Shown here piece by piece: positions 10,690-22,973 of a stretch of 64,000 nucleotides of DNA. How positions within the stretch are numbered: the stretch's first letter is position 1; every line of letters starts with the position of its first letter. The position numbers were made by a program, and so were the translations under genes. The stretch lies in contig OZ024757.1 of assembly GCA_964016885.1 (NCBI GenBank), forward strand, positions 25,048,001 to 25,112,000. Reading direction: 5' to 3'. The notes under the pieces are model-generated. The model did not search any database. It had not been told where the DNA came from and worked only from the letters and a program-made list of their open reading frames with translations. The DNA comes from Eledone cirrhosa. Lineage: Eukaryota.

Positions 10690-11217
10690 TTATTACTGTA
10701 ATATAAAGTAGAAACCCTTTATTTAAACAAAGCTGCGATGCAGCGATGATCAAAACAAACTTCAAAATGTAAATAAACTTTTCGTAGGTGCTGTCAGATA
10801 CACGATAACATGTGTATCTGGAAGTTTGGTCGTATTATATCACTTTCAAATTGACCCCTATTATATTCAAATTATCCCCTGTGGGGGGTGCGCCCCACGT
10901 TGAGAATCCCTCATAAATAAATATATGTGAGTGTGTTGCTATGACTGCTATTTCTAGCAGGTTTACTGCCGTCCTGTAGACGCACACCAAAAACCGGAAG
11001 TGGCAGCCATTAAAAAACTTTGGCTTAAAATCAGGCAAAAGTTTTTAAACAATTTGCCAAGAAAGATAACTCTTGTCTTACTTAATCGCAATAATTGAGC
11101 CAAAACTTTTGCGGGTGTGCAGATTGTTTGGTCGCATTTGCTGCTATTTCTAGCATGTATGGACATTTTAGAAATAGCAGCGAAAAACGGAAAACAGCAG
11201 AAAGAAGGACACACACC

Positions 11218-11248
<31 letters not shown>

Positions 11249-11398
11249 TTTGGATATGTGTGTGTTTGTTTATATGTATATATATATATATATATGTATG
11301 TATATATATATATATACATATATATTTATATATATATATATGTATATATATAATATATGTATATATATATATATATATATACATATATATTTATATAT

Positions 11399-11430
<32 letters not shown>

Positions 11431-11527
11431 TTATGGATATGTGTCTGTTTGTTTATATGTATATATATATATATATACGTGTGTGTGTATATATATATGT
11501 ATATATATATATATATATATGTATCTC

Positions 11528-11559
<32 letters not shown>

Positions 11560-12220
11560 TATATAGGTGTGTGTCCTTCTTTCTGATGTTTTCCGTGTTT
11601 CGCTGCTATTTCTAAAGTGTTCATACATGCTAGAAATAGCAGTCAAATACCAGCAAACAAGACCAAATCAACTGCACAGCCGCAATATATATATGATATA
11701 TAAATATATGTGAGTTGCTATGACTGCTATTTCTAGCAGGTTATTCCTAGCGTGTAAACTGCACACCCGCAAAATTTTTATCTCGATTTTTGCGATTAAG
11801 TAAGGCAAGAGTTATCTTTCTTGGCAAAAACACCCTGGTTTGTTTACATTAAATTTTCTATTGTTTAAAAACTTTTCACTGATTTTAAGCCAAAGTTTTT
11901 TAATGGCTGCCACTTCCGGTTTTTGGTGTGCGTCTACAGGACTGCAGTAAACCTGCGAGAAATAGCAGTCATAGCAACACACCCACATATATTTATTTAT
12001 GAGGGATTCTCAACGTGGGGTGCACGCCCCACAGGGGATAATTTGCATATAATAGGGGTCAATTTGAAAAATACGACCCAGTTACACTTCGTCTACACAT
12101 GTTATCGTGTATCTGGCAGCACCTACGAGAAGTTTGTTTACATTTTGGAGTTTGTTTTTATCATCGCTGCATCGTAGCTTTGTTTAATTAAAGGATTTCT
12201 TCTTTATATTACAGTAATAA
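10690..12220. repeat. Long imperfect inverted repeat centred on (TA)n (copy 2, complete)
   Basis: Left arm 10690-11217, (TA)n spacer 11218-11563, right arm 11564-12220; arms colinear with two insertions in the right arm. Confidence 0.92.
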
Positions 12221-12805
12221 CACTTTTACAAGACTCTGTTTGTTTTTATATTAAAGGGGGACATAAACATATTTTAAATGTTTAAATATATTTATTTATT
12301 TATGTCCTTCTCTCTGTTGTTTACTAAACTCTGAATTCAGCATTTTTCTGTTCTTCTCTAGGGTTCGAGCATGTATATATATATGGCAGTCAACCTCACT
12401 TGGCACAGACTCGAAAAAGCCGCCGCTAATCGTGATCGTTGAGGTTATAATTAAACTAAAATGCTTCCACTGGGCACGATAAGCTGATCATGATCGTTGG
12501 AGAGTGTTTTCTGCGCTGAACCTAAGATTAAAAGAGATATATATATATAGCTGTTTAAACGGCCGGAGCTCAGCCGTCGGGGTGCTGAATATTTTCATAT
12601 ATATGTATGTGTATGTGTATGTATATGTATGTGTGTGTGTTTTGCGAATTAATAATTATATAAACAAGTTTGTAATGAACAATTTATTTATTATCAAAAC
12701 TGTATAAACATGATATTATTTACAGTAACAATAACAATAATAATGATGATTTCTAGTAAAGGGGGAAGGACAGTAATTTGGGGGAGGGTAAAGTCGATTA
12801 AATCG

Positions 12806-13303
12806 AAGAGAGAAAGAAAGAAGAAACAACGAATAGGAGAGGGGATGGCAAGAAATCCGGTGTCGCAGAAAATAGGGGAGGGTGGTTGAGCTTTGGGCCT
12901 AGGGCAGAAATGCTGCGCCCCACGGACAAGATGGCAAAAGTATTCTCACGGACGATGCCAGTTATGCCCAATGTAACAACCACCCAACCTGGCGGGATTC
13001 CTTCCTCAGACGGGCCGCTGACGCTTTGATCCTGCGGAGGAGCTCGGCAGTACGGGGTCCAAGTACCTCTGAGGTCTCGACATTGACTGGTGCAGAGAGG
13101 AAGCGGCCGGACAATCCTCGGTATTTGTTTATTTTACGTTCTTCTGAGAAGCGGGCGGCGATGCTGGGGTTTGTGGCCGAAACAACTTGGAAACGAAGTT
13201 GGAGGTGGAGATTGTGTCGTTGCTGGTGGTGTCCCACATGAGGGACCTACCTCCTTCGAATGGGAAGAGAGTGATTCCGTCGGGGCGCTTGCCATCTCCG
13301 GGA
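12806..13303 (-). mobile_element. CRE-like RLE fragment (copy of 2040-2537)
   Basis: GDGKRPDGITLFPFEGGRSLMWDTT motif. Confidence 0.8.
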
Positions 13304-14734
13304 CCTGTTGAGAACAGCGAGTATCTATTCAATAATTATTTGAATATTGAAATTTTAGGTTTAACTACCTTTTAAACCAAATACATTAAGAAAGGCATAA
13401 ACAACACCACATCATTTTTATTTCGATTTTGAAAGTAGATTTATAAGTATTAAATTTCAGTAGATTCTTATAGCCTTCATGGTGGTCTGGTGGGAGATAC
13501 CAGAGCAAGTGGAGCTTCTAGTCTGAGGTTCAATCCTAGTCAGGAGATACTCGAAAGAGTTCATATTAAACTTATTCAGTTTTTTTTCTTATCTCTAGAG
13601 ATAAATATATATACATAAGGTAATTTGTTAGAACATCGGATAGAATACTTTGTAGTATTTTTTCCAGTTCTTTATTCTCAGTTCAACTTTACTTTTCTTA
13701 CATTCGGGGTTGATAATAAAGTACCAGTCAAATACTAGGAGTTCTCTCTTACTCTATATCTCTTTCTCACTCTCTCTTTTATTCAGACCTGGAGAGATGT
13801 ACTCTGCCAGGTTTTATAATGAGTTATGGGGTCATACCTGCCTGCAACATCACTGTGTACTGAGTGTAGCATTTTATATCCTTGTTCTGGGCCTTCCTAA
13901 CACCACTGTGTATTAAGTGTAGCTTTTAATATCCTTGTTCAGGGCCTTCATAATACCAGACTAGCTAATGTGTATATTATATTGTTATAGAGGAACTAAG
14001 TATGTCCTTTAGGTTCTGTAATGTACACTAGTTGGCCCTAATGGTAGCACCAGCCCTGTATAAAACTGTGATACTTTAAGGTTCAGTAATGTACCTATCT
14101 GATGTCTGTACCCTAGCTGGTTGTCTGTCTCTCTCTACCCTAGGTGTCTCTGTGTCTCTCTGTACCCTAGGTGTCTCTGTGTCTCTCTGATGTCTGTACC
14201 CTAGGTGTCTCTGTGTCTCTCTAATGTCTGTACCCTAGGTGGCTCTGTGTCTCTCTAAGGTCTGTACCCTAGGTGGCTCTGCGTCTCTCTAAGGTCTGTA
14301 CCCTGGTTAGCTGGGTATCTCACTGAGATCTGTACCCTAGGTGGCTCTGTGTCTTATTAAGGCCTGTGTCTTATGTGGCTGTCATCATCATTATCATCGC
14401 CACTGTCATCATCATTATCATCGCTGTCATCGCCACAGTCGTCGTCAGGGCTGGATTACCTCACAACGGTAGTGAACATATTTAGATGTCATCATACGAA
14501 AGGAATAGTTGAAACATATCAGATCTGAAATAAAGAGAGTTAGATGATGTAGAGAGAGAGAGAGGGAGACTCGCAGACAGTGAGAGAGAGAGAGAGAGGA
14601 AAACATTGATTGTGTTCACTACATTAAGTTACTATCTTACTAATGAAACAATTAATAATTTTAGTAAATTCTTCAAAATTCTTCATTAATTAATTGAAAG
14701 AGAGTGTATTTTATTAGAAATGTGGTCATAAAAA

Positions 14735-14885
14735 AATAATAATAATGAATTATTGTGTACAGTGCTAAGGTGCACTACAACTCATCAAAGGTGCATGTAT
14801 GGTATATAGAATAATGTACAAATGTCAGGAAAGTGAACAGTGTATGAGTCATGATATACCTGTGTGTGTGTATGGAGGGGGGATA
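14735..14885 (-). mobile_element. CR1-like LINE 3' UTR and (ATT)n tail (Y core; upstream ORF2 segment absent)
   Basis: Matches 4073-4230; also at ~29793-29942 and ~55683-55833. Confidence 0.75.
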
Positions 14886-14889
14886 TTAC

Positions 14890-16872
14890 CTAACAACTGA
14901 CGCAGGTAGTTTGTTCCATGGAGGTTTTAAAGGATGTAGTGTCTCGACAGCTAACATCTGATGCAGGTAGTTTGTTCCATGGAGGTTTTAAGGGATGTAG
15001 TGTCTAGACAGCTAACAACTGATGCAGGGAGTTTGTTCCATGGAGGTTTTAAAGGATGCAGTGTCTCAACAACTAACAACTGATGCAGGTAGTTTGTTCC
15101 ATGGAGGTTTTAAAGGATGTAGTGTCTCCACAGCTAACAACTGATGCAGGTAGTTTGTTCCATGGAGGTTTTAAAGGATGTAGTGTCTAGACAGCTAACA
15201 ACTGATGCAGGGAGTTTGTTCTATGGAGGTTTTAAAGGATGCGGTGTCTCGGCAGCTAACAATTGATGCAGGTAGTTTGTTCCATGGAGGTTTTAAAGGA
15301 TGCAGTGCCTCAACAGCTAACAACTGATGCAGATAGTTTGTTCACTGGAGGTTTTAAAGGATGCAGTGTCTTCACAGCTAACAACTGATGTAGGTAGTTT
15401 GTTCCATGGAGGTTTTAAAGGATGTAGTGTCTCGACAGCTAACAACTGATGCAGGTAGTTTGTTCCATGGAAGTTTTAAAGGATGCAGTGTCACGACAGC
15501 TAACAACTGATGCAGGTAGTTTGTTCCATGGAAGTTTCAAAGGATGCAGTGTCTCGACATCTAACAACTGATGCAGGTAGTTTGTTCCATGGAGATTTTA
15601 AAGGATGCAGTGTCTCGACATCTAACAACTGAAGCAGGTAGTTTGTTCCATGGAGGTTTTAAAGGACGTAGTGTCTCAACAGCTAACAACTGAAGCAGGT
15701 AGTTTGTTCCATGGAGGTTTTAAAGGATGCAGTGTCTCGACAGCTAACAACTGATGCAGATAATTTGTTCCATGGAGGTTTTAAAGGATGCAGTGTCTCG
15801 ACAGCTAACAACTGATGCAGGTAGTTTGTTCCATGGAGGTTTTAAAGGATGCAGTGTCTCAACAGCTAACAACTGATGCAGGTAGCTTGTTCCATGGAGG
15901 TTTTAAAGGATGCAGTGTCTCGACAGCTAACAACTGATGCAGGTAGTTTGTTCCATGGAGGTTTTAAAGGATGCAGTGTCTCCACAGCTAACAACTGATG
16001 CAGGTAGTTTGTTCCATGGAGGTTTTAAACGATGCAGTGTCTCGACATCTAACAACTGAAGCAGGTAGTTTGTTCCACGGAGGTTTTAAAGGATGTAGTG
16101 TCTCGACATCTAACAACTGAAGCAGGTAGTTTGTTCCATGGAGGTATTAAAGGATGCAGTGTCTCGACAGCTAACAACTGATGCAGGAAGTTTGTTCCAT
16201 GGAGGTTTTAAAGGATGCAGTGTCTCCACAGCTAACAACTGATGCAGGCAGTTTGTTCCATGGAGGTTTTAAAGGATGTAGTGTCTCGACAGCTAACAAC
16301 TGATGCAGGTAGTTTCTTCCATGGAGGTTTTAAAGGATGCAGTGTCTCGACAGCTAACAACTGATGCAGGTAGTTTGTTCCATGGAGGTTTTAAAGGATG
16401 CAGTGTCTCCACAGCTAAAAACTGAAGCAGGTAGTTTGTTCCATGGAGGTTTTAAACGATGCAGTGTCTCCACAGCTAACAACTAATGCAGGTAGTTTGT
16501 TCCATGGAGGTTTTAAAGGATGCAGTGTCTCCACAGCTAACAACTGATGCAGGTAGTTTGTTCCATGGAGGTTTTAAACGATGCAGTGTCTTGACATCTA
16601 ACAACTGAAGCAGGTAGTTTGTGCCATGGAGGTTTTAAAGGATGTAGTGTCTCGACAGCGAACAACTGATGCAGGTAGTTTGTTCCATGGAGGTTTTAAA
16701 GGATGCAGTATCTAGACAGCGAACAACTGATGCAGGTAGTTTGTTCCATGGAGGTTCTAAAGGATGCAGTGTCTCGATAGCTAACAATTGATGCAAGTAG
16801 TTTGTTCCATGGAGGTTTTAAAGGATGCAGTGTATTCACAGCTAACAACTGATGCAGGTAGTTTGTTTCATG
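14890..16872. repeat. 61-bp satellite array (about 32 copies)
   Basis: Same unit as 4233-5552. Confidence 0.97.
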
Positions 16873-16903
16873 GATGTTTACATTGGAAGTACAACCAAAT
16901 AAT

Positions 16904-17072
16904 TGTTTCTGGCACAAGGCCAGCAATTACTGGTACTTTATTCTATCGACCTCATAAGGATGAAAACAAAGTCAACCTTAGAGGGATTTGAACCCAGAAC
17001 GTAAAGGGCCATAACCCTATGCTGTAAATCATGGTGTCTGGCGCTCTACCGATACTGCCAATCCACCGCCCT
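16904..17072 (-). mobile_element. tRNA-derived SINE inside a duplicated Helitron fragment (16880-17178)
   Basis: Minus strand A-box tggcagtatcggtagagc, B-box ggttcaaatcc, core gttgactttgttttcatccttatgaggtcgatagaataaagtaccag; flanked by agtacaaccaaataat / agtaccaacaaataat; copies 30985-31153 and 57607-57775. Confidence 0.85.
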
Positions 17073-17183
17073 AGTACCAACAAATAATGACTGCTCACCA
17101 CAAAAAATGGCTATGATAAGAGAGGTGTTGCATGAATGTAATCCATATGTCGAAGTGTACAATACAATGCATGGCATCACAAA

Positions 17184-17215
<32 letters not shown>

Positions 17216-17764
17216 CTACTAAAGTGTATGTAAAATTTTAAAATAAATACTTAAATTCAATTTGTATAATTACACATACAATATGTTTTGTTGTAAAACC
17301 CTAAATAATGATTTAAGAAATGATGTCAATTTCTTTGTACAGAGAAAAACAATTTATATATATGCATCGTGTGCGCGTGTATACTCCATTTAAGACAGCG
17401 AAAAACCTAGTACCTCCTTCAAAGAATGCCAAATAGTTTATGCCTAAGGTGTAACACTAATTAAGTTACCGGTGTAGATATTTCAGTTGAACCCTGCTTC
17501 AAACATGCATATTATTATTATATATTTTCAAACACACTTACATACATTATATTTATACACATAGGAATAATAAGTTAAAACTAAGTATAATGATATAACA
17601 ACAGTATATAATAGTTTTCTTCACTTTATTGAGATGCAATCGTTTTAAAGAAAAAACATGACAGAATAAGAAATATTTAATATGATAACATAATATTTCA
17701 GGTAGGATGGTGGTTTCTCTATGATGGTGGTTTCTCTATGATGGTGGTTTCTCTTTGAACTAAT

Positions 17765-17932
17765 AATTGTTTCTATTTTAGGCACAAGGCCAGCAATTAA
17801 CCAGTACATTACTGGTACTTTATTTTATTGATCCCGTAAGGATGAAAGGCAAAGTTGACCTCGGATCGTAAAGGGACGTAACTATGCTGGAAAGCATGGC
17901 GTCAGACCCTCTACCGATACTGCCAATTCACC
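17765..17932 (-). mobile_element. tRNA-derived SINE (same family, B-box deleted)
   Basis: ggcacaaggccagcaatt...actggtactttattttattgatcccgtaaggatgaaaggcaaagttgacctcgg...ccgatactgccaattcacc; copies 31831-31998 and 58451-58618. Confidence 0.8.
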
Positions 17933-18104
17933 ATACAGTATAATTATACAAACATGCATATAGATAGCAATATATATACACTAATATGTATGTACATATA
18001 TATAGGGAGAGAGAGAGACACATGTATGTATATATATATACACATGCGTGTATGTATGTGTGTTTATGTACATTCTTCGGTATATATATATCGGTATACA
18101 CATT

Positions 18105-18657
18105 GGAGACACAGAGAGAGAGAGTTGAAACGAGAGATGAGAGAGTTGAAACAAGAGAGATGGTTGAAATGCGAGGAGAGAGAGAGAGTTGAAACGAGAG
18201 GAGAGAGAGAGAGTTGAAACGAGGAGAGAGTTGAAACAAGAGGGTGAGGGGAGAGAGGGGAGAGAGTGATGAAACGAGTTGGAGATAGAGTGTGAAAGAG
18301 AGAGAGAGAGGAAGAGAGAGAGAGAGGAAGAGAGAGAGAGGGGAAGAGAGAGAGAGAGAGAGAGAGAGGAAGAGAGAGAGAGAGGAAGAGAGAGAGAGGA
18401 AGAGAGAGAGGGAGAGAGGGGGATGAAACAAGAGGGTGAGGTGAGGGATGAAACAAGAGAGAGAGGGGAGAGAAAGAGAGAGAGAGAGAGAAAGAACTGA
18501 AACAAGAGAGAGATGAAACGAGTGAGGGATTAGAGAGAGATGAAACAAGTGAGGGATTGGAGTGTTGAAACAAGAGAGAGAGCGAGATGAAATGAGACAG
18601 GGAGAGCGAGATGAAACGAGAGAGTGAGAGCGAGATGAAACGAGAGAGTGAGAGCGA
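18105..18657. repeat. Complex GA-rich low-complexity tract with recurring (g/a)tgaaac motif
   Basis: Polypurine tract producing Ser/Leu and Arg/Glu pseudo-ORFs; also 32170-32652 and 58810-59323. Confidence 0.9.
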
Positions 18658-18864
18658 GCCCCTGTGGCTAATAATTCTGACATGTAATGTTATGGACATC
18701 TCTGCCCCTATGGCTAATAATTCTGACATGTAATGTTTTGGACATCTCTGCCCCTGTGGCTAATAATTCTGACATGTAATGTTATGGACATCTCTGTCCC
18801 TGTGGCTAATAATTCTGTCATGTAATGTTATGGACATCTCTGCCCCTGTGGCTAATAATTCTGT
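18658..18864. repeat. 46-bp minisatellite (gcccctgtggctaataattctgacatgtaatgttatggacatctct), about 4.5 copies
   Basis: cct(g/a)tggcta at 18661 and 18707; also 32652-32858 and 59323-59530. Confidence 0.95.
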
Positions 18865-19119
18865 TCAAATCTGACTGACATGCATGGTATATATTTATGT
18901 TTCATTATAAACCAAAGAACATTGAGCAGCATTTCTCAACCTTTCTACCCATGTTGATCTCTTGAAATAGTTTTTATGTCTCAGGGAAGCCCTGCATAAA
19001 ATATACTTTTTCTATCTCTAGAGCAGTGGTTCCTAAATCGTGTGCTGCGAGATGAAACTAGATGAGCTGTAAAAGACTAAGATGTGAAAAATATAAAACT
19101 GAAATTTCATATAAAAGTT

Positions 19120-19480
19120 CAAATATAGCTACAGCCACAAACCTAGGCTCCACACCCCGCAACGCAGAGGAGAGTAAGATAGTACCGAGGCCTGACTCAC
19201 TTCTTCCACTCCATTGAGACCTCTGCCATACTTGGTCCCCGTACTGCTGATTTCCTCCATAAAGTCGGGAGGAAATACGGCAGGAGCCTCGTGAGGAGGG
19301 GCGACTATTGTAGCAGGTGTCTCTGGCCTTGCTCCGAGGTAACGCTTTTACGTTTCTTCCACGGGTTGCGGCTGAGGGACCACTTAGACTGGGGTGAAGT
19401 GTCTGTCCCTCCCCCGACTTCTTACTTCTTTTCTTTTCTCCTTTTCATTTTCTTTTCTCTTCTTGCTTATCTCTGCTATA
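19120..19480 (+). mobile_element. Decayed CRE-like C-terminal fragment plus pyrimidine-rich 3' UTR
   Basis: IETSAILGPRTADFLHKVGR and QVSLALLRGNA readable across frameshifts; copies ~33115-33475 and ~59785-60145. Confidence 0.7.
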
Positions 19481-20206
19481 CCACGGCATCAAAAACATAT
19501 ATGATATATGTATGTATGGTATAGGTGTATTTATATTTAGGATAGTTATCAAAGGTAAATAGACTGGTTGGAGCAATAACAGTCTTGTTTATGTATATAC
19601 ACACATATATATATGTTTGTTCTTGTATTTCCATAGAAAAGGTAAAGAAAAGAAGAATGCTCTATGTATTGTACAGAGCTATTTAATTACATAATAAACA
19701 ACAGAATATAATTATTCCATGCAAATAGACTTAGAATGGAAAACATTCAGACAGAGAAGAATGGATAATGAGCGTCATAAGAGAAATTGGCCAACAATTA
19801 ATATTAATGGTAATGTAGAAGAATTTCATATTAGTGATATGAATGTTTTGTGTGATCACTGTGGAGCTTTGAAATTTAGAAATGAAAATTGTAACTGTTG
19901 TAATAAAGGAAAGGTTGTGTTGCCTCCATTGCAAATATACCCTGAGAGACTGAGAAATCTCTTTGAAAGAGGCCAGGAAGCAGTTGATTTCACAGAAACA
20001 TCTGCAATTAAAACTACATTTATTTCACTTCATTTGGTGTTACCACCCGGCAGAGGCCCGTATAGCTTTCATATTCAGGGTCAAACATATCACTACACCC
20101 CCACCCCTGTAACCTGCAGAAAATACACCACAATATGGCTAGTTATATATTATTGATGGGAATGAAGGTGTGTAGCACAGATTGGAAGTACGACCAAATA
20201 ATTGTT

Positions 20207-20500
20207 TTAGTGTCTTGACATCTAACAACTGAAGCAGGTAGTTTGTTCCATGGAGGTTTTAAAGGATGTAGTGTCTCGACAGCGAACAACTGATGCAGGT
20301 AGTTTGTTCCATGGAGGTTTTAAAGGATGCAGTGTCTAGACAGCGAACAACTGATGCAGGTAGTTTGTTCCATGGAGGTTTTAAAGGATGCAGTGTTCGA
20401 CAGCTAACAATTGATGCAAGTAGTTTGTTCCATGGAGGTTTTAAAGGATGCAGTGTATTCACAGCTAACAACTGATGCAGGTAGTTTGTTTCATGGAGGT
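20207..20500. repeat. Short 61-bp satellite block (about 5 units) inside the Helitron
   Basis: Same unit as the large arrays; also 34203-34495 and 60875-61168. Confidence 0.92.
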
Positions 20501-20526
20501 TTACATTGGAAGTACAACCAAATAAT

Positions 20527-20695
20527 TGTTTCTGGCACAAGGCCAGCAATTACTGGTACTTTATTCTATCGACCTCATAAGGATGAAAACAAAGTCAACC
20601 TTGGAGGGATTTGAACCCAGAACGTAAAGGGCCATAACCCTATGCTGCAAAGCATGGTGTCTGACGCTCTACCGATACTGCCAATTCACCGCCCT
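20527..20695 (-). mobile_element. tRNA-derived SINE inserted in Helitron with ~16-bp TSD-like repeats
   Basis: A/B boxes as in 16904-17072; flanks agtacaaccaaataat / agtaccaacaaataat; copy 34522-34690. Confidence 0.85.
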
Positions 20696-22371
20696 AGTAC
20701 CAACAAATAATGACTGCTCACCACAAAAAATGGCTATGATAAGAGAGGTGTTGCATGAATGTTATCCATATGTCGAAGTGTACAATACAATGCATGGCAT
20801 CAAACAGCAAAGTTCTAGAAGAGAAAATTGTCGTGTACAGAACTGTGAATTAAGATTTAGAAGAGGATCAGATATGAGCTGCTATAATTTACCAACTAGT
20901 AATGATAGCTGTTGTTTTGTGGGGGATTGGGGGCACACCACCTGTACAAAGAGATATTATCATCTTTCCTAAAGACCATCCTCCTCAGAAAATACCACAT
21001 AATTCATGCCACTTGGACCTCATGACCGACCGATAATGGTGAATTTTGGTGGCATAGTGACATGGAGAGGAATGCAGGACCTGTGTTTGCAATAGACTGA
21101 CAATGCAGGAGTATTACATATACTGTATAGCATATAGAGGAGGATTTAGTGCGATATATAGGGCAGGTAAATTATTTTAGCAGTATTTAGTGGAAGCCTA
21201 TATGAAAGTAGAGGGATGCAGGCTTCAATATTTGAGGAACAATCAAGCCCAATTGTGAGTGGATGAGTATAATGGTTTAATGAATTATCTAAACAGATGA
21301 TAACACTGAGTGAGCCTTAAAAAATGAAGACAAGATAAGAAACAGAGAAGACATTGACAGAATCGTGTCAGCAGAAATACCTGCATTGGAAGATGATCCA
21401 GTACGACATGAGCAGGTTTAAAAGTTTATTATCCACAGGCCATGTGGTTCTGGAAACCCTTTTCCCCCATTTATACAAAATGGATTTTTCCAAAAGAACT
21501 ATCCAAAAACCTACAGAAGGGAAACATTATTGAACCTAAATGGATACCCAGAGTACAGGAGGTGCAAGACAGGAACTGCAGTGTAAATTGGATGACATTC
21601 AGTAGATAACAGGAATGTTGTGCCATTTAATGCCTTTTTGCTTAAGAAATATTGTGCACATATTAATGTTGAAGTTTGCGCTTCTGTAAAAAGTGTCAAG
21701 TACCTCTTTAAATATGTTACATGGGGCATGATTGTACATCTATAGAAGTAACGAATAATGCATTACCTAATGAGGCTCAGAACCAACACAACCATGATGA
21801 AATAAGAATCTATCTTTGTTGCAGGTATGTGTCTTAGCCAGAAGCAGTGTCGTGTCTCTCGGAATTTAAGCTTCATGGTACATCACATACAGTATACAGC
21901 CTAGCCACACACCTGGAGAACAAACAGAGTTTACTCATATTTATGGTCCTTTGATGGGCAGGTGTGTTTTGATCCGAAGACTGAAGTTAGCTCCCAGTGG
22001 TGCCAACATCCCTTTTACTTTGGAAAGACCCCAGTTTCCATTAAGACTGTCATATGCCATGACAATCAACAAGAACCATGGTCAAATACATGATAAAGTG
22101 GGTCTGTTCCTCCCTGAGCAAGTATTTAACCCTGGACAATTGTATGTTGCTTTTTCAAGAGTTCACAGACAGATGTAAAAATTAATCCTACCAAACCCCC
22201 ACCACTCCTACAACTGTTAGCTGTTAGACCACCCCAGCACCACCCAACCTCCGTTCTAGTCCCACCGTTAGAACCAATGCTGCTTACCCTGCCTCTTTTA
22301 CTAGTTCACTCCGTCGCTCGAATTTCAAAGCTGGCCCTCTACACTTGGTCGTTGCCAGCTCACCACCTGGT

Positions 22372-22509
22372 TGTGCTCTCTGTGTCCGCACTAGCCGGTA
22401 CCTAAACACAATAAAATGTCACCTGTGCTACCAAAACTACCACAGGAACTCTGTCGGCATCAGCAAGGCTCAAGCCGAAAGGCTTCAATACTAGACCTGT
22501 AATCAGGGC
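22372..22509 (+). pseudogene. Degenerate PHD-finger coding relic (probably TE-derived)
   Basis: Manual translation CALCVRTSRYLNTIKCHLCYQNYHRNSVGISKAQAERLQY*TCNQG fits C4HC3 spacing with tct/tag/ggc each one base from tgt/tgg/tgc; copies 36591-36728 and 63460-63597. Confidence 0.65.
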
Positions 22510-22973
22510 CACTTTACCTCCGACGACCAGCTTTCTACCGATTGTGTGTTGATGGAGGGGACATGAGACCAGTAAAGTCCTAGGAGTAGAGACTAGTAAA
22601 TAATAAACGGTCCTAGCTATGTTAAGAATATATATAAGAAAAATGTACTATACATTTAAGAAGACAAGAGAAATAAATATTTACCTCTTTCATGTAGGTA
22701 ATATAGCGGTGTTATAAAAGTAATTATACGACCGGTGTAACAGTCGGTATAAATGAAAGATGTAGAAATAAAAGTTGCAACAATGACATGAATAAAGATA
22801 CATTAATTTAATATGAGCAAGAATAAATATTTAATGGAATTAATTAAGTGTAATTTAATAAGAAATAAGATATAAGTAAAACAGTAAAAGAAACAATAAC
22901 AAACAAAATAGAGTCACATAAAATTTGGTTTGTGTTTATAAAGCTTATTTTAAACGCGATTTTCCTTTTAAAT

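Larger units (their letters stand above)
19719..22178 (+). mobile_element. Helitron RepHel pseudogene, internally deleted (copy 1)
   Basis: CDHCGALKF..NCCNKGKVVLPPL; GPYSFHIQGQTYH; YNLPT; GKLF*QYLVEAYMKVEGCRLQYLRNNQ; IDRIVSAEIP; DNRNVVPFN..HINVEVC..VKYLFKY; QFPLRLSYAMTINK.HGQ...GQLYVAFSRV (Pif1-like C-terminus); stops and frameshifts present. Confidence 0.93.

Noticed and set aside
17928-18729. Ser/Leu-rich ORFs up to 251 aa
   Set aside because: These are translations of GA-rich low-complexity tracts; lengths and frames differ among copies.
22555-22600. Helitron 3' terminus at gactagt
   Set aside because: CTAG-T is present but there is no convincing GC-rich hairpin just upstream; termini left undefined.
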